From positions 1,710,001 to 1,742,000 of the forward strand of contig NC_008578.1 in assembly GCF_000015025.1 (NCBI RefSeq): DNA of 32,000 nucleotides, in the 5' to 3' direction. Of the stretch, positions 1 to 12,420 are shown piece after piece; position 1 is the stretch's first letter; each line of letters begins with the position of its first letter. The position numbers and the translations under genes were made by a program. The notes under the pieces are model-generated. The model did no database searches. It was not told the origin of the DNA and saw only the letters and a program-made list of their open reading frames with translations. This DNA is from Acidothermus cellulolyticus 11B. Lineage in GTDB: Bacteria; Actinomycetota; Actinomycetes; Acidothermales; Acidothermaceae.

Positions 1-2495
1 GACACGTCGTTGGCGACGACGACGCCGTCGCGCACCACGCGGGCCTTGGCGCCGCGGGTAATCGTCCCGGAGCGGACCAGGCATCCAGCAATGTTGCCGA
101 ATTTGCTCGACCGGAAGACTTCGCGAACCTCGGCGGTGCCGAGCTGCACCTCCTCGTACACCGGCTTGAGCAGGCCCTTGAGCGCGGCCTCCACGTCCTC
201 GATCGCCTGGTAGATGACCGAGTAGTACCGGACGTCGACGCCCTCCCGCTCGGCGAGTTCGCGGGCTTTTCCTTCCGGGCGCACATTGAAGCCAATGATG
301 ATCGCGTCTGATGCGACGGCGAGCATGACGTTGTTCTCGGTGATCGCGCCGACGCCGCGGTCGATCACCCGAATCCGCGCCTCGTCACCAACGTCGATTT
401 TGAGGAGCGCATCCTCCAACGCTTCCACGGAACCGGAGACGTCACCTTTGAGAATGAGCCGCAACTCGGCGACTTCCCCTTTCTCCATCCGCTCGAGGAT
501 GTCCTCGAGGGTGCGCCGACGGCGGCTGGCGGCAAGCTGGGCGTTGCGTTCCCGAGCGGCCCGTCGTTCCGCGATCTGCCGGGCGACACGATCTTCCGGT
601 ACGACGAGGAAGGTGTCACCGGCGTCGGGCACGCTGGTGAACCCGAGGACCTGCACAGGACGGGACGGTCCGGCCTCCTCGACCGGCTGGCCGAATTCGT
701 CGAGCATGGCCCGGACCCGGCCGAACGCTTCACCGGCGACGATCGAATCGCCGACCCGCAGCGTGCCGCGCTGCACCAACACCGTGGCGACCGGACCGCG
801 ACCGCGGTCGAGGTGGGCTTCAATGGCGACCCCCTGGGCGGGCTGGTTCGGATTCGCCCGCAGGTCGAGGGCGGCGTCCGCGGTGAGGAGGATGGCTTCG
901 AGCAGGTCGTCAATGCCCTGCCCGGTCAACGCGGACACGTCCACGAACATCGTGTCGCCGCCGTACTCCTCCGCCACCAGGCCGTACTCGGTGAGCTGGC
1001 CGCGGACTTTAACCGGGTCGGCACCCGGCTTGTCGATTTTGTTGACCGCAACGACGATGGGCACGTCGGCTGCCTTGGCGTGGTTCAGTGCTTCGACGGT
1101 CTGCGGCATGACGCCGTCATCCGCGGCGACGACCAGAACGGCAATGTCGGTCACCTGGGCACCCCGGGCACGCATCGCGGTGAATGCTTCGTGTCCCGGC
1201 GTGTCGATGAAGGTGATTTGCCGTGGGCCGTCGGCGGTCTGCGCGGTCACCTGGTATGCGCCGATGTGCTGAGTGATACCGCCGTGTTCGCGGGCCGCCA
1301 CGTTGGTGTTGCGAATCGCGTCAAGCAGTTTCGTCTTCCCGTGGTCGACGTGACCCATGACCGTGACCACCGGGGGTCTCGGCACAAGCGCGGCCTCATC
1401 GCCCTGGTCGGTGCCGAGTTCGATGTCGAAACTCTCCAGAAGCTCGCGGTCTTCATCCTCCGGGCTGACGATCTGTACCTCGTATCCGAGCTCCGCGCCC
1501 AGCAACTGAAGGGTTTCCTCGTTGACGGACTGGGTTGCGGTGACCATCTCGCCAAGGTGGAACGCCACTTGCACGAGCGACGCGGGATTCGCGCCGATTT
1601 TGTCGGCAAAATCGGCAAGCGAGGCGCCGCGGGGCAGGCGGACGACCTGGCCGTTGCCCCGTGGAATTTGGATACCGCCGATGACCGGCGCCTGCAGGTT
1701 GTCGAATTCTTGACGCCGCTGCTTCTTGGACTTGTGGGGCCGGCTCGGTTTCGCTCCCGGGCCGCGGCCGAATGCACCGCCCGGGGCACCGCGACCCCGG
1801 CCGCCGACACCCGGCCGGCCGGCGCTTGGCGGCGCCGGCGCCCGGCCCAGACCACCGGGAAGCCGGATGGGTGCGCCTCGACCGGGAGCGGCACGGCCAG
1901 CCGCCGGTCGAGGAGGCATGGCACCCGGAGTCGGCCGTCCGGGAGCGCCCGGCCGCAGCGGCGGGCGGGGAATGCCCGGCGTGCCCGGCGTCCCGGTAGG
2001 CCGTTGGACCGGGCGAGGCGGCATCGGCCGGGGCATCGGGCTGGTGAACGGGTTGTTGCCCATGCGCGGCGGCCCGGACGGCGGTTTCGGCACCGCGGGC
2101 GCGGGGCGCGGCGGCTGCGGCAGTTTCACGGGACGCGGCGGCGTCGCGATCTTCTCCCCGCCGGCGTCGCTCGGCGCGCTCGTCGTCGCACCGGCGGGAG
2201 CAGCGGACGGCGGCGTGGTCACGGCCGGCGGTGCGGCGGCGTCCGCGGCGGGTTCGGTGGTTTTACCCGTGCTCTTGGCGGCCGATGGCTTGGCCGTCGG
2301 CTGCGCCGCGCTTCCGTTCCCAGCCGCCGGCTCCGGCGGCGGCGGAAACGCCTCGCGAAGCTTGCGCACGACGGGGGCTTCAATGGTCGACGATGCCGAC
2401 CGGACGAACTCCCCAAGCTCGTGCAGCTTGGCGAGGAGCGTCTTGCTCTCAACGTTGAGCTCTTTCGCGAGCTCGTACACCCGAACCTTGGCCAC
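1..2495 (-). CDS. infB: Translation initiation factor IF-2; the 3' end runs off the left edge of the window
   Basis: Minus-strand reading from GTG at 2495 (AGGAG 4-5 nt upstream) gives [50 protein letters not shown], a canonical IF-2 N-terminus. A Pro/Gly/Ala/Arg-rich linker follows (about 1720-2330). The G-domain motif [14 protein letters not shown] lies near 1330-1370. Not in the ORF track because there is no stop in the window. Sits downstream of nusA-ylxR. Confidence 0.93.
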   Translation of the reverse strand, partial: MAKVRVYELAKELNVESKTLLAKLHELGEFVRSASSTIEAPVVRKLREAFPPPPEPAAGNGSAAQPTAKPSAAKSTGKTTEPAADAAAPPAVTTPPSAAPAGATTSAPSDAGGEKIATPPRPVKLPQPPRPAPAVPKPPSGPPRMGNNPFTSPMPRPMPPRPVQRPTGTPGTPGIPRPPLRPGAPGRPTPGAMPPRPAAGRAAPGRGAPIRLPGGLGRAPAPPSAGRPGVGGRGRGAPGGAFGRGPGAKPSRPHKSKKQRRQEFDNLQAPVIGGIQIPRGNGQVVRLPRGASLADFADKIGANPASLVQVAFHLGEMVTATQSVNEETLQLLGAELGYEVQIVSPEDEDRELLESFDIELGTDQGDEAALVPRPPVVTVMGHVDHGKTKLLDAIRNTNVAAREHGGITQHIGAYQVTAQTADGPRQITFIDTPGHEAFTAMRARGAQVTDIAVLVVAADDGVMPQTVEALNHAKAADVPIVVAVNKIDKPGADPVKVRGQLTEYGLVAEEYGGDTMFVDVSALTGQGIDDLLEAILLTADAALDLRANPNQPAQGVAIEAHLDRGRGPVATVLVQRGTLRVGDSIVAGEAFGRVRAMLDEFGQPVEEAGPSRPVQVLGFTSVPDAGDTFLVVPEDRVARQIAERRAARERNAQLAASRRRRTLEDILERMEKGEVAELRLILKGDVSGSVEALEDALLKIDVGDEARIRVIDRGVGAITENNVMLAVASDAIIIGFNVRPEGKARELAEREGVDVRYYSVIYQAIEDVEAALKGLLKPVYEEVQLGTAEVREVFRSSKFGNIAGCLVRSGTITRGAKARVVRDGVVVANDV

Positions 2496-2646
2496 GGAAC
2501 TCCTGTCTCGGCCCGGGTGTTTCGGCTACCCCCGGGCCCTACCTATCGCTGGCTGTTCATCGCCTGGTACTCATTGAGCACTCATGGGCTTGCCGACCTG
2601 CTTCCTGGACGCGAGGCCTCGGGCACGTGACCCGCACTCCGCGGCC

Positions 2647-2988
2647 TCACTGGCAACCTGTCGTCGGACCGGACGGATCCGGCCCGTACTCCTCTCCCTC
2701 GAGGTAACGACGTACACCGCTGGTCTCGACCGGACCGGACACCCGAAGGGCCCGCGGCAAAGACCGGCGACGAAGCGCCTGCTCGAGGCAGGCCGGATCG
2801 GGGTGCAGGTATGCACCTCGGCCCGGCATGCGCCCGCGGGGATCCGGCACGACCCGGGCGGAACGCCCGTCGTCGTCCGCTCGCACCACGAGGCGGAGCA
2901 GGTCGGTTTTGGCGGCGCGCTGCCGACATCCGATGCAGGTGCGAATCGGAACACACCCGGAATGGACAGCTTCGACGCCACCGACCAC
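2647..2988 (-). CDS. ylxR: YlxR/DUF448 family protein encoded between nusA and infB
   Basis: Frame of ORF 2647..3219 contains PIRTCIGCR...LLRLV...GRGAYLHPDPAC, the YlxR signature. The long ORF overlaps nusA, so I place the start at the first in-frame GTG downstream of the nusA stop (2988). The exact start is uncertain. Confidence 0.7.
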   Translation of the reverse strand: MVGGVEAVHSGCVPIRTCIGCRQRAAKTDLLRLVVRADDDGRSARVVPDPRGRMPGRGAYLHPDPACLEQALRRRSLPRALRVSGPVETSGVRRYLEGEEYGPDPSGPTTGCQ

Positions 2989-3052
2989 GCTCGAGTCTAC
3001 CGTCCCAACGTGCCGAGGTAGCCGATGGGCACGATCACGCCCCACCCCCGGT

Positions 3053-4099
3053 TCACGACGCGGCGGACGCAGCTCCCCCGACCCCGGACGACGACGCCGG
3101 GTGTTGTCCGTCGGCGTCCCCCGGCGAGAGTGCGGCTTCGGTGTCAGGGCGGATGTCGATGCGCCAGCCGGTGAGCCGGGCGGCGAGCCGCGCGTTCTGT
3201 CCTTCGCGACCGATGGCAAGGGACAGTTGGTAATCGGGGACGATCACCCGCGCGGACTTCGTCACCGGGTCCACGATCTCCACCGACGTCACCCGCGCCG
3301 GGGAGAGCGCGTTGGCGACGAACGTCGCCGGGTCGTCGGAGTAATCAATGATGTCAATCTTCTCGCCGTGCAGTTCGGCCATGACGGCGCGAACCCGTTG
3401 TCCCAGCGGACCAATGCAGGCGCCCTTGGCGTTGAGACCGGGAACCTTCGACCGGACGGCGATTTTCGTGCGGTGGCCCGCCTCACGCGCCAGCGCAACG
3501 ATTTCCACGGAACCGTCGGCGATTTCCGGTACTTCGAGGGCGAAAAGCTTGCGCACGAGCCCGGGGTGGGTGCGGGACAGGGTGATCTGAGGGCCCCGGA
3601 TTCCCTTGTGCACCGACAAGACATAGCAACGAATCCGCTCGCCGTGCACATAGCGCTCCCCGGGGACCTGCTCGGTCACCGGCAAAACGCCCTCGACTTT
3701 GCCGAGATTCACGTACACGTTGCGGGAATCGTGCTGCTGCTGAATGATGCCGCCGACGACGTCGCCTTCCCGCCCGGCGTATTCGCCGAAGGTCAGCTCG
3801 TGTTCGGCGTCCCGAAGCCGCTGCAGAATGACCTGCTTGGCGGTCATGGCCGCGATGCGGTTGAAATCCTGCGGGGTGTGGTCGAATTCGCGGATGACGT
3901 TCCCCTCGGCGTCGGTCTCCGCGGCGAGCACCGTCACTTCCCCGGTCTTGCGGTCGAGAACCACCCGTGCGCGCGGGTAAGCGCCTTCGGTCCGCTGGTA
4001 GGCGGTGAGCAGCGCCGTCTCAATCGCCTGGACGAGCAGGTCGAAGGAGATGTCCTTCTCCCGTTCCAGGCTGCGCAGCGCCGCCATGTCGATGTTCAC
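3053..4099 (-). CDS. nusA: Transcription termination/antitermination factor NusA
   Basis: 348 aa with S1 and KH-domain sequences ([11 protein letters not shown]..., [23 protein letters not shown]). GTG start overlaps the rimP stop (GTGA). Confidence 0.95.
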   Translation of the reverse strand: MNIDMAALRSLEREKDISFDLLVQAIETALLTAYQRTEGAYPRARVVLDRKTGEVTVLAAETDAEGNVIREFDHTPQDFNRIAAMTAKQVILQRLRDAEHELTFGEYAGREGDVVGGIIQQQHDSRNVYVNLGKVEGVLPVTEQVPGERYVHGERIRCYVLSVHKGIRGPQITLSRTHPGLVRKLFALEVPEIADGSVEIVALAREAGHRTKIAVRSKVPGLNAKGACIGPLGQRVRAVMAELHGEKIDIIDYSDDPATFVANALSPARVTSVEIVDPVTKSARVIVPDYQLSLAIGREGQNARLAARLTGWRIDIRPDTEAALSPGDADGQHPASSSGVGGAASAAS

Positions 4100-4608
4100 G
4101 GATGCTCCTCGAACTCCACCTCGATCTGTCCCGGGCGCACCTCGGCGATGGCGACCGTCCGCTCCTCATACTGCCGGACGCATGCGCCGTCGTCGGTGTA
4201 CTGCCACTCGATGCCGAGCCGCACCTGGTCGCCGGTCACGTCTTGTACGCGCGCGACGACCGGGCCGAGATCCGGCAGCTGCACCCGGACGAGCCGGCCG
4301 ATCGCGCGCCGCCAGTGCCGCGGCTCGACGAGCGGACGGTCAATGCCCGGCGAGCTCACCTCCAGGGTGTAGCTGCGCGGCCCGATGATGGCGTCGGCTT
4401 CGGCGTCGTTGTCGAGAAAATGCGAGATCGCTTGGCTGGCCGCGGCAATCTCGTCGAGCTGCACACCGCCGTCCTTGTCGACGACGATCCGGAGATGAGC
4501 CGACGTGCGGTGATCGAGCAGTGTGACGCCCTCCAGGTCGAGACCCTGGCCGGCGACGACCGGGGCTAGCAACTCGGCCAGTCGTTGAGCACCCGTGCTG
4601 GTCGGCAT
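4096..4608 (-). CDS. rimP: Ribosome maturation factor RimP
   Basis: The C-terminal 170 aa of ORF 4096..4743 ([12 protein letters not shown] motif). Internal ATG at 4608 is preceded by AAGGAG. The upstream extension is Arg/Pro-rich and not protein-like. Confidence 0.85.
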   Translation of the reverse strand: MPTSTGAQRLAELLAPVVAGQGLDLEGVTLLDHRTSAHLRIVVDKDGGVQLDEIAAASQAISHFLDNDAEADAIIGPRSYTLEVSSPGIDRPLVEPRHWRRAIGRLVRVQLPDLGPVVARVQDVTGDQVRLGIEWQYTDDGACVRQYEERTVAIAEVRPGQIEVEFEEHP

Positions 4609-4835
4609 TCCGATCCCGATCTCCTTCTGTCGGCGCGCAGACGACCCGTGGACCGGCCCGACACTCGTCCGGGACGTCTGATCGCGAGGTCTGGGGCAAG
4701 CGTAGCCGGATCGGCCGGGTCCTGGGTACCGTATCCACACCACGTGACGGGCGCACCGGCAGCACCCGGAAGCACGAGCCGGCGTGTCCCGCCCGTATCA
4801 GGGGTGATGCGAACCGGCCACGCGCAGCGCGCGGC

Positions 4836-6593
4836 TCACGCACCGGCCGCCAGAGTGCGCAGCTCGGCGACCGCGTCGGTGAGTGCCAGTTCACGGCGCT
4901 CGCCGCTCCCGCGGTCGCGCACCTCCACGACCCCGCGCGCCGCCCCGCGCCCGACAACGGCGATGCTCGGAATCCCGATGAGCTCGGCGTCAGCGAACTT
5001 CACACCCGCCGACGCGTCGACGCGGTCGTCCAGCAGCACGTCCAGGCCGGCGGTGTCCAGCGCAGCCGCGAATTCCTCGGCGAGCTTCTCCTGCTCGCCC
5101 TTCCCGGCGATGACGACATGGACGTCGGCGGGGCTCACCGACCGCGGCCAGATGAGACCGGCGTCGTCGTGGCACTGCTCAGCGATCGCCGCGACCGCCC
5201 GGGACACTCCGATGCCGTAGGAGCCCATGGTGATGCGGATGGGCCTGCCGTCCGGACCGAGGGCATCGAGCTCGAAGGCATCGGTGTATTTCCGGCCGAG
5301 CTGAAAAATGTGGCCGATTTCGATTCCCTGCGCCAGGGCGAGCCGGCCGCCGCACCGGCCGCATGGATCGCCGTCGCGGATCGTCGCCGCTCCGATCTCG
5401 CCGTCCGGCTCGAAATCCCGGCCCCGGACGACGTTGGCCATGTGCTTGTCCGGCTCGTTCGCCCCGGTGACCCAGGCGCTGCCGGGGACGACCAGCGGGT
5501 CGACCAGATACCGGACCCCGATCCGCCGCAGAATCTGCGGGCCGATGTAGCCGCGGACCAATTCGGGACGTCGCGCGAGATCCTCCGCCGTGGCCGGCTC
5601 GACTTGGATCGGGTCGAGTTGCCCGGCCAGGCGCTTAAGATCGACGTCGCGGTCGCCGGGGACGCCGACGACGAGCAGTTCCCAGTCGTCCGCACCCGGC
5701 GCCTTCGTCTTGAGGACGACATTTTTCAACGTGTCAGCGGCGGTGAAACGGCGTCCGAGGTCAAGGCTGTTCAGCCGGTCGACGAGCGCGTCAATGGTCG
5801 GGGTGTCCGGCGTGTCGAGCACCTGGGGCGGCGGCTGGCCGGTGGGGTCGAGCCGGTCGGGGACGCCGATCTCGACTGCTTCGGTGTTCGCCGCATAGTC
5901 ACAGTTCCGGCAGTACACGAAGGCGTCTTCGCCAACCTCGGTCACCGCGAGAAATTCCTCCGAGGCGGAACCCCCCATCGCACCGGAGACCGCTGAAACG
6001 ATCCGGTAGCGCAGACCGAGCCGGTCGAAAATGCGCCGGTACGCCTCGCGGTGGGCGGTGTACGAAGCGGCGAGCCCCGCGTCGTCGAGGTCGAAGGAGT
6101 AGCTGTCCTTCATGACGAATTCACGGCCGCGGAGGATACCGGCGCGTGGTCTCGCCTCGTCGCGGTACTTGGTCTGGATTTGAAAGAGAATAACGGGATA
6201 GTCCTTGTACGACGAGTACTCGCCCTTGACCAGCAGCGTGAAGAGCTCCTCATGGGTCGGCCCGAGGAGATAATCCGCGCCTTTGCGGTCCTTGAGACGG
6301 AAGAGCGTGTCGCCGTACTCATTCCACCGACCGCTGGCCTCGTAAATTTCCCGGGGGATGAGCGCGGGGAAATGCACCTCCTGCCCGCCGATATGCAGCA
6401 TTTCCTGCCGCACGATTTCCTCAATCTTGCGGAGAACGGCGTAACCGAGCGGCAGCCAGGAGTAGATGCCCGGCGCGACCCGCCGGATGTACCCGGCGCG
6501 CACGAGAAGCCGATGGCTCGGCACTTCCGCGTCGGCTGGATCCTCACGCAGCGTGCGCACGAACAGCTTCGACATCCGCTGAATCACCGGCAC
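4836..6593 (-). CDS. proS: Proline--tRNA ligase, bacterial type with editing insertion
   Basis: 585 aa. N-terminus [44 protein letters not shown] and class II motifs are typical ProS. Confidence 0.95.
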   Translation of the reverse strand: MPVIQRMSKLFVRTLREDPADAEVPSHRLLVRAGYIRRVAPGIYSWLPLGYAVLRKIEEIVRQEMLHIGGQEVHFPALIPREIYEASGRWNEYGDTLFRLKDRKGADYLLGPTHEELFTLLVKGEYSSYKDYPVILFQIQTKYRDEARPRAGILRGREFVMKDSYSFDLDDAGLAASYTAHREAYRRIFDRLGLRYRIVSAVSGAMGGSASEEFLAVTEVGEDAFVYCRNCDYAANTEAVEIGVPDRLDPTGQPPPQVLDTPDTPTIDALVDRLNSLDLGRRFTAADTLKNVVLKTKAPGADDWELLVVGVPGDRDVDLKRLAGQLDPIQVEPATAEDLARRPELVRGYIGPQILRRIGVRYLVDPLVVPGSAWVTGANEPDKHMANVVRGRDFEPDGEIGAATIRDGDPCGRCGGRLALAQGIEIGHIFQLGRKYTDAFELDALGPDGRPIRITMGSYGIGVSRAVAAIAEQCHDDAGLIWPRSVSPADVHVVIAGKGEQEKLAEEFAAALDTAGLDVLLDDRVDASAGVKFADAELIGIPSIAVVGRGAARGVVEVRDRGSGERRELALTDAVAELRTLAAGA

Positions 6594-6678
6594 TCCTCGC
6601 AGACCAGACGATCGGCATGCTTGCGGTCAACGGCAGTGAGCATATCGTCGGCCCGGGTTTCCAGCCGCCGGGGTCCGG

Positions 6679-7500
6679 TCAGATGCCCGGCGGGCAACTC
6701 GCCAGCACCCGCGCCATCGCGTCGTGCTCGGCCTGAGTCACCCAGAGGCCATATTTGGCTTTGACCCGAATTTGCCGTGCGACGTAGGCACAGCGAAACG
6801 CCTTGTTCGGCGGGAGCCAGGATGCGGCGTCCGCATCGCCTTTCTGCTCGTTGGTCGGTCCGTCGACGGCGACAAGCTCGAGGGGATCGTTGGCGAAGAG
6901 TTCGCGTTTGGCCGCCGACCACTGTTGCGCACCGGTCTGCCACGCATCGCCGAGCGCGACGATGTGGTCGATTTGAACGGCGAGGGACGTCGTCTCGCCG
7001 CGGACGAAATGAATCGTCTTTCCGGTGTACGGGTCGTGGAGCACTCCGCTCGCGATCCGGCAGTGCGAGCCCGGCACGTAGGTGATATCGATGAGATCGC
7101 GGCGCAAAATGTCGTCCCTCGTGTCGCAGCCGTTGTGGTCGACGTCCGCCCATGCGGGGCCGAATTTCTCCCGGCTGTAACCGGTCATCGGCGCGCGGCC
7201 CTTTATCGGCAGGGTGGCGAGCAGGGCCGCCGCGCTGCCCGGCGGAACGCTGGACGGCAACGCGGTGGGAGCGGAGCTCGACTCCGTCGCGGCCGGCGAC
7301 GGCGACGGCGATGGAGTGGCCGACGCCGACCAACCTGCCGCGGATGAAGCCGAGGAGCCTGGTGGGAACGCCGATGACGACGACGGCACCGCACTGGGCG
7401 ACGGCGCACTCCGTGGCACCACTGACGAGGTACAGCCGCCGACGATGGCGGCCGCGACCAGCACCACGGCCGCACGCAGCACACGTGTCACCCGAGCCAT
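6679..7500 (-). CDS. Lipoprotein with C-terminal DUF1524 / HNH-type nuclease-like domain
   Basis: ATG at 7500 is preceded by GGAGG. MARVTRVLRAAVVLVAAAIVGGC is a lipobox signal. A Ser/Pro/Ala linker follows, then DHIVALGDAW...GPTNEQKGD, resembling the GmrSD C-terminal (DUF1524) fold. Confidence 0.7.
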   Translation of the reverse strand: MARVTRVLRAAVVLVAAAIVGGCTSSVVPRSAPSPSAVPSSSSAFPPGSSASSAAGWSASATPSPSPSPAATESSSAPTALPSSVPPGSAAALLATLPIKGRAPMTGYSREKFGPAWADVDHNGCDTRDDILRRDLIDITYVPGSHCRIASGVLHDPYTGKTIHFVRGETTSLAVQIDHIVALGDAWQTGAQQWSAAKRELFANDPLELVAVDGPTNEQKGDADAASWLPPNKAFRCAYVARQIRVKAKYGLWVTQAEHDAMARVLASCPPGI

Positions 7501-7674
7501 TGACAAGCCTCCGTCACCGCCGTACCGCCTCCCCGGCGCACACTCCAGCCGCCGTACCATCCCGGCACCCGTGCCAGCCGCCGCACCTTGCCGCGGCGCC
7601 AGGCTCCGTGCCATCTGGGTCGCACGGTGAGAATTCTTCAGAACGGCACTGACATTTTCCGCAGAACAGCTTCC

Positions 7675-8517
7675 TCAGAACAGCACGGACATGAAAGTGC
7701 CGATTTCGGCGAACCCCACCTTTTTGTACGCCGCGCGCGCGGGCAGGTTGTAGTCGTTGACGTACAGGCTGACCACCGGGGCGATGTGCCGGCGGGCGAG
7801 GACGACGACGGCCGCCATGCCGCCGTTCGACAAGCCGCGGCCGCGCAGCTCCGGGTCCACCCAGACGCCTTGCACTTGACACACCTCGGAGGTCGCCGCG
7901 CCCACCTCAGCCTTGAAGATCACCCGCCCGTTCTCGATGCGGGCGAAGGCGCGGCCTTGACTCACGAGTTCGGCGACCCGGGCTCGATAGAGTGCCCCGC
8001 CGTCCGTGCCGATGGGCGAGACGCCGACCTCCTCGGTGAACATCGCAACACACGCGGGGAAGAGGACGTCGATTTCGTCCGGTCGTACCCGGCGTACCAG
8101 CGGATCCGGCGGAACGCGCGGCGGTCCGCTGATCGCCATCAACGGCTGGTTGGGCCGCACGTCGCGCGCCGGACCCCAGTCCGGTTCAAGAAATGACCAG
8201 AGAGCCGCCACCTGGTCCGCCGGTCCGACGATGGAGGAACACCGCCGGCCTTGCCGCCGGGCTTTCTCGGCGAACGCCTGACACGCCTCAAGATCGGCGC
8301 CGACCGGTACGAGGTTCGCGCCGGAATAACAGAGCGCCGCCACCTGACCATCGCGGACAAAACCCCAGATCTCCGCGCCCAGCCGCCACGGATCAACGCC
8401 GCATGCCGCGATGCGCGCTGCTACGAAAACATTGGCAACCGGATCGCGGTCGAGGATCTCCTGTACGGCGGATCGGTCGCGGTCGTCGAGCACCCGGACC
8501 GGTACGCTCCGCAGCAT
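7675..8517 (-). CDS. GNAT family N-acetyltransferase
   Basis: 280 aa. The C-terminal half has the acetyl-CoA motif VWVDPELRGRGLSNGGMAAVV. Confidence 0.8.
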   Translation of the reverse strand: MLRSVPVRVLDDRDRSAVQEILDRDPVANVFVAARIAACGVDPWRLGAEIWGFVRDGQVAALCYSGANLVPVGADLEACQAFAEKARRQGRRCSSIVGPADQVAALWSFLEPDWGPARDVRPNQPLMAISGPPRVPPDPLVRRVRPDEIDVLFPACVAMFTEEVGVSPIGTDGGALYRARVAELVSQGRAFARIENGRVIFKAEVGAATSEVCQVQGVWVDPELRGRGLSNGGMAAVVVLARRHIAPVVSLYVNDYNLPARAAYKKVGFAEIGTFMSVLF

Positions 8518-8574
8518 CGCCCCTCCCGGATGCCGGCCGTCCGGCGGCGCGTCCAGTGACCGTGCCCGGTCCGG

Positions 8575-9750
8575 CTACTGGACGGTGACGATCGGCGCGC
8601 CGACCGCCTGGTCGTCGCCGAAAGCCCCGCTGGCTTGCATCTCTTCGGCAAGCCGCATCGCCTCTTCCAGCAAGGTCTCGACGATCTGCGACTCCGGGAC
8701 GGTCTTGATGACCTCACCGCGGACGAAAATCTGGCCCTTGCCGTTTCCGGACGCGACACCGAGATCCGCCTCACGCGCTTCACCAGGGCCGTTCACCACG
8801 CACCCCATCACCGCAACGCGCAGCGGGAACGGAAATCCTTGCAACCCCGCCTGTACTTCCTCAGCCAGCTTGTACACGTCAACCTGGGCGCGGCCGCAGG
8901 ACGGGCAGGAGACGATGTCGAGCTTGCGTGGACGCAGCCCGAGGGATTCGAGAATCCCGATGCCGACTTTGACTTCCTCCACCGGCGGCGCCGAGAGCGA
9001 GACGCGAATGGTGTCACCAATGCCTTCGGAGAGCAGGATCCCGAAGGCGACGGCGGACTTGATGGTGCCCTGCAGGAGGGGACCAGCCTCGGTGACGCCG
9101 AGGTGCAGCGGATAGTCGGTCTGGGCCGCCAACAGCCGGTATGCCTGCACCATCACCATCGGGTCGTGGTGCTTCACGGAAATCTTGATGTCGTGGAAGT
9201 CGTGCTCCTCAAAGAGACTTGCTTCCCAGAGCGCCGACTCCACGAGGGCTTCGGCGGTCGGCTTTCCGTATTTCTGCAGAATCCGCGGATCGAGCGAGCC
9301 CGCGTTGACGCCGATGCGGATCGGCGTCCCGTGGTCCTTGGCCGCTTGCGCAATTTCTTTGACCTTGTCGTCGAATTTCTTGATGTTCCCGGGATTGACC
9401 CGGACCCCGGCGCAACCGGCCTCGATCGCGGCGAACACGTACTTCGGCTGGAAGTGAATGTCGGCGATGACCGGAATCGGGGATTTCTTCGCGATGATCG
9501 GCAGCGCGTCGGCGTCGTCCTGACTGGGACAGGCGACCCGGACGATGTCGCACCCCGCCGCGGTGAGCTCGGCGATCTGCTGCAGGGTGGCATTGACGTC
9601 GGCGGTCAGTGTCGTGGTCATCGACTGCACGGAGATCGGCGCCCCGCCTCCGACCAGTACGCCGCCCACATTGATCTGACGGGATTTCCGGCGCGGCGCC
9701 AGCGGACTCTTCGCCGGCACCTCAGGTACGCCGAGATTGATGGTCGTCAC
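8575..9750 (-). CDS. ispG: 4-hydroxy-3-methylbut-2-enyl diphosphate synthase (MEP pathway)
   Basis: 391 aa. TIM-barrel region plus SCPSCGR...[10 protein letters not shown] Fe-S cysteines. Conserved dxr-rip1-ispG synteny. Confidence 0.95.
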   Translation of the reverse strand: MTTINLGVPEVPAKSPLAPRRKSRQINVGGVLVGGGAPISVQSMTTTLTADVNATLQQIAELTAAGCDIVRVACPSQDDADALPIIAKKSPIPVIADIHFQPKYVFAAIEAGCAGVRVNPGNIKKFDDKVKEIAQAAKDHGTPIRIGVNAGSLDPRILQKYGKPTAEALVESALWEASLFEEHDFHDIKISVKHHDPMVMVQAYRLLAAQTDYPLHLGVTEAGPLLQGTIKSAVAFGILLSEGIGDTIRVSLSAPPVEEVKVGIGILESLGLRPRKLDIVSCPSCGRAQVDVYKLAEEVQAGLQGFPFPLRVAVMGCVVNGPGEAREADLGVASGNGKGQIFVRGEVIKTVPESQIVETLLEEAMRLAEEMQASGAFGDDQAVGAPIVTVQ

Positions 9751-9790
9751 GGCCGCTCCTCGTCTCGCGCCACTACATACGTCTTCATTC

Positions 9791-11032
9791 TCACTGGAAC
9801 GGGTTCGCCACCGGGTTGACGAGATCCGCGTACAGCAGGATCAGCGACATACCCACGATCAAGGCTAACGCGGTGTATGTGATCGGCATGAGCTTGGTCA
9901 GGTCCACCGGCCCGCCGGCGGGTCGCCCGCGCAGACGGCGGATCGCGTCGCGGGCCTTCTCGTAGCCGAGGATCGCCACGTGACCGCCGTCCAGCGGCAG
10001 GAGCGGCAGCAGGTTGAAGATGCCGACAAAGATGTTCACCGACGCGACCACCGTGAGGAGGACGGCAATGCCGTTTCCCGCCCCCTCGGCGGCGAAGGCT
10101 TCGCCGGTGAGTTGAGCGACGCCGACCACGCTGGTGACCTGGCCTCCTCCGGAGTTGATGCTCCGCTGGGCGTTCGGATTCGTGAGCAGGACGGCCAGCT
10201 GATGCGGCACCGTCCCAAGGGCACGGAACGAATCGACCACCGCAGTGCCGAACATCCGGCCGGCGGAGGTCAGCGCGCCGACCGGTCCCTGGCGGGTGAA
10301 GTCGTTGACGGGCACGAACCCGATGTGCGGCAAGCCGTCACTGCCGATGACCGGCTGAAAGGTGAGCGTGAGGATACGGTCGCCGCGCTTGACCGTGTAG
10401 GTGATGGGCCCGTGGGTCGATCGGGTCAGTGCGACGAGGCCGTCGGCGCCGCCGGTGACCTGGTGTGCGGACGCCGGGTTGGACGGGTTCCGGAGGACGG
10501 CCGGGGTGTCTTTGACGCTGCGGCCGTTGACCGCGAGGATGACGTCACCGACCTGCAGTCTCCCCGCCGCAGGTGCCGGGGCGGCGCCCGGCGGGCATTG
10601 CCCGGCGTCGTTGGGAATTGCGCAGGAGTACACCTTTGCGACCTGGGCGTACCCGGTGGGTTTCGTCGGCCACGCAAGGGCGAAGACGAAGAGCAGCACG
10701 AGTCCGATCACGAAATGCACCGCCGAACCGGCGACCAGCACCACCAGGCGCTGCGGCCCGGGTTGGTTGATGAAGGCCCACGGCCGGTCCGCCGGGTCGA
10801 TGTGTTCCAGCGGCGTCATGCCGACGATTTTGACGAAACCCCCGGCCGGAATTGCTTTGATTCCGTATTCGGTCTCGCCCTTCTTGCGTGACCAGAGGGT
10901 CGGCCCGAAACCGACGAAGAATTGGGTGGCTTTCATGCCGAACAGCCGAGCGAACGCGAAGTGCCCCGCCTCGTGCAGCAGGACGGAAATCAGCAAAGCG
11001 ACGACGAAGGCAATGATGCCGAGCACCATCAT
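9791..11032 (-). CDS. rip1: M50 site-2 zinc metalloprotease with PDZ domain (Rip1/RseP-like)
   Basis: HEAGHF (HExxH) and [12 protein letters not shown] motifs. True start is the ATGATG at 11032, which overlaps the dxr stop (ATGA). The 102-aa upstream extension in the ORF track is Arg-rich and lies inside dxr. Confidence 0.9.
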   Translation of the reverse strand: MMVLGIIAFVVALLISVLLHEAGHFAFARLFGMKATQFFVGFGPTLWSRKKGETEYGIKAIPAGGFVKIVGMTPLEHIDPADRPWAFINQPGPQRLVVLVAGSAVHFVIGLVLLFVFALAWPTKPTGYAQVAKVYSCAIPNDAGQCPPGAAPAPAAGRLQVGDVILAVNGRSVKDTPAVLRNPSNPASAHQVTGGADGLVALTRSTHGPITYTVKRGDRILTLTFQPVIGSDGLPHIGFVPVNDFTRQGPVGALTSAGRMFGTAVVDSFRALGTVPHQLAVLLTNPNAQRSINSGGGQVTSVVGVAQLTGEAFAAEGAGNGIAVLLTVVASVNIFVGIFNLLPLLPLDGGHVAILGYEKARDAIRRLRGRPAGGPVDLTKLMPITYTALALIVGMSLILLYADLVNPVANPFQ

Positions 11033-12294
11033 CGGCAGCCCCCGATGAGTTCGTCGGCGAGCCGCCGCGCTTCGCGTTCGGCGTCCAACACGTCGGAAAC
11101 GGAGCGGACCGGGACCGGCGGCGCGGCGAGGAATTTCTCCGTCACCGCTGCGACGACGTCCATGATGCCGAGAAAGTCGAGGCGTCCAGCCAGAAAAGCC
11201 GCGACCGCTTCTTCGTTTGCCGCGTTGAACGCGGCCGGCGCGACGCCGCCCGCGGCGCCGACCTGCCGGGCGATGTCGATGGCCGGGAAGGTTTCGCCGT
11301 CCACTGGTTCGAACGTCCATGCCGTTGCCTGCCGCCAATCGCAGCTTGGGATGACCGCAGGGAGCCGGTACGGCCAGGCGAGCGCCAACGCGATCGGCAG
11401 CCGCATATTCGGCGGTGAGCAGTGCGCCACGGTCGAGCCGTCAATGAATTCCACCATGGAATGGACGACGGACTGGGGATGAATAACGACGTCAATGGCG
11501 TCCAAGGAAATGTCGAACAGCAAATGCGCCTCGATCACCTCGAGCGCCTTGTTCACCAGCGTCGCGGAATTGATGGTGATGACCGGCCCCATCCGCCAGG
11601 TGGGATGGGCGAGTGCCTGTTCGGCGGTGACTCCGACAAGATCGGCTCGACGGCGGCCGCGGAACGGCCCCCCGCTCGCAGTGAGAATGAGCCGTCGTAC
11701 TTCGTCGGCACGTCCCGCGCGCAAACACTGGGCGAGGGCGGAGTGCTCGGAATCGACCGGAACGATCTGTCCAGGTTCGGCAATCGCTTTCACCAACGGT
11801 CCGCCGGCGATCAGCGATTCCTTGTTGGCAAGCGCGAGGGTCCGCCCGGCGCGCAGCGCCGCCACCGTCGGAGCAAGGCCGATTGAGCCGGTGATCCCGT
11901 TGAGGACGACGCCGTCGCGTGGTTCGGCGACGGGCAGCGGCCATGCCGCCACTTCGGCGGCAGCCTCCGGCCCGCTGACGATCTTTGGGTGTGGTGCCGC
12001 GCAACCACGCTCGGCCGCTGCGGCGGCCAGGGCATGCTCGACCTCCGCGGGTGTCGCCCCGGTGACTCCGATCACCTCGACGCCGAATTCCACCGCCTGC
12101 CGGGTCAGAAGATCAAGCCGGCTGCCGCTCGCGGCGAGCCCCACCACCCGAAACAGGTCGGGATGGTTGCGGACGACGTCCAGCGCCTGGGTTCCGATCG
12201 ATCCAGTGGAGCCGAGGATCACCAGTGGGCGGACCGGGAGCCTGCCGGCGCGCATCGGCGATGACGGCTGAGGGGCCAGCGGGGACGAGCTCAC
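11029..12294 (-). CDS. dxr: 1-deoxy-D-xylulose 5-phosphate reductoisomerase
   Basis: [19 protein letters not shown]-binding motif and a full-length DXR sequence. GTG at 12294 has GGGGAG 9 nt upstream. ATG at 12255 is an alternative start. Confidence 0.93.
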   Translation of the reverse strand: MSSSPLAPQPSSPMRAGRLPVRPLVILGSTGSIGTQALDVVRNHPDLFRVVGLAASGSRLDLLTRQAVEFGVEVIGVTGATPAEVEHALAAAAAERGCAAPHPKIVSGPEAAAEVAAWPLPVAEPRDGVVLNGITGSIGLAPTVAALRAGRTLALANKESLIAGGPLVKAIAEPGQIVPVDSEHSALAQCLRAGRADEVRRLILTASGGPFRGRRRADLVGVTAEQALAHPTWRMGPVITINSATLVNKALEVIEAHLLFDISLDAIDVVIHPQSVVHSMVEFIDGSTVAHCSPPNMRLPIALALAWPYRLPAVIPSCDWRQATAWTFEPVDGETFPAIDIARQVGAAGGVAPAAFNAANEEAVAAFLAGRLDFLGIMDVVAAVTEKFLAAPPVPVRSVSDVLDAEREARRLADELIGGCR

Positions 12295-12420
12295 CTGGTC
12301 ATTCTCCCCGATGACCCGGCACCTCGTCTTCGATCACCCCGGTGGGCCGATCCTCGGTGTGGTGGCGACAGTGGGCCCGGTGGGGTCGACAGGGGCGGTC
12401 GGGAGGGCGCGGCAGGCGCG

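Noticed and set aside
1720-2330. Highly repetitive GC-rich stretch inside infB that looks like a non-coding repeat region.
   Set aside because: It stays in frame with both the IF-2 N-terminus and the G domain. It corresponds to the Pro/Gly/Ala/Arg-rich low-complexity linker that actinobacterial IF-2 proteins normally carry.
813-4372. Very long plus-strand ORFs (813..2630, 605 aa; 2828..4372, 514 aa). Similar ones elsewhere: 18984..20900, 28732..30300, 16901..18367.
   Set aside because: They are Arg/Gly/Pro/Ala-rich and have no recognisable motifs. Each lies antisense or out of frame to a gene with an unmistakable product (infB, nusA, the oxidoreductase, tsf/rpsB, MMPL). These are typical shadow ORFs of 70% GC DNA.
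7638-7687. Three CAGAAC(A/G)GC motifs in the lower-GC spacer between the GNAT and DUF1524 genes. The first shares tcagaacgg with the start of the island element.
   Set aside because: The matches are short (9-10 nt) and one lies in the GNAT stop region. The similarity to the island element does not extend further, so this is consistent with chance.
9791-11338. N-terminal extensions of several ORF-track entries: rip1 to 11338, rimP to 4743, tsf to 29352, the DUF1524 protein to 7614, the ACT protein to 19652, the M23 peptidase to 30498, ylxR to 3219.
   Set aside because: The extensions are Arg/Gly/Pro-rich and overlap the upstream gene or spacer. Internal starts have good RBSs or stop/start overlaps and reproduce the canonical family N-termini.
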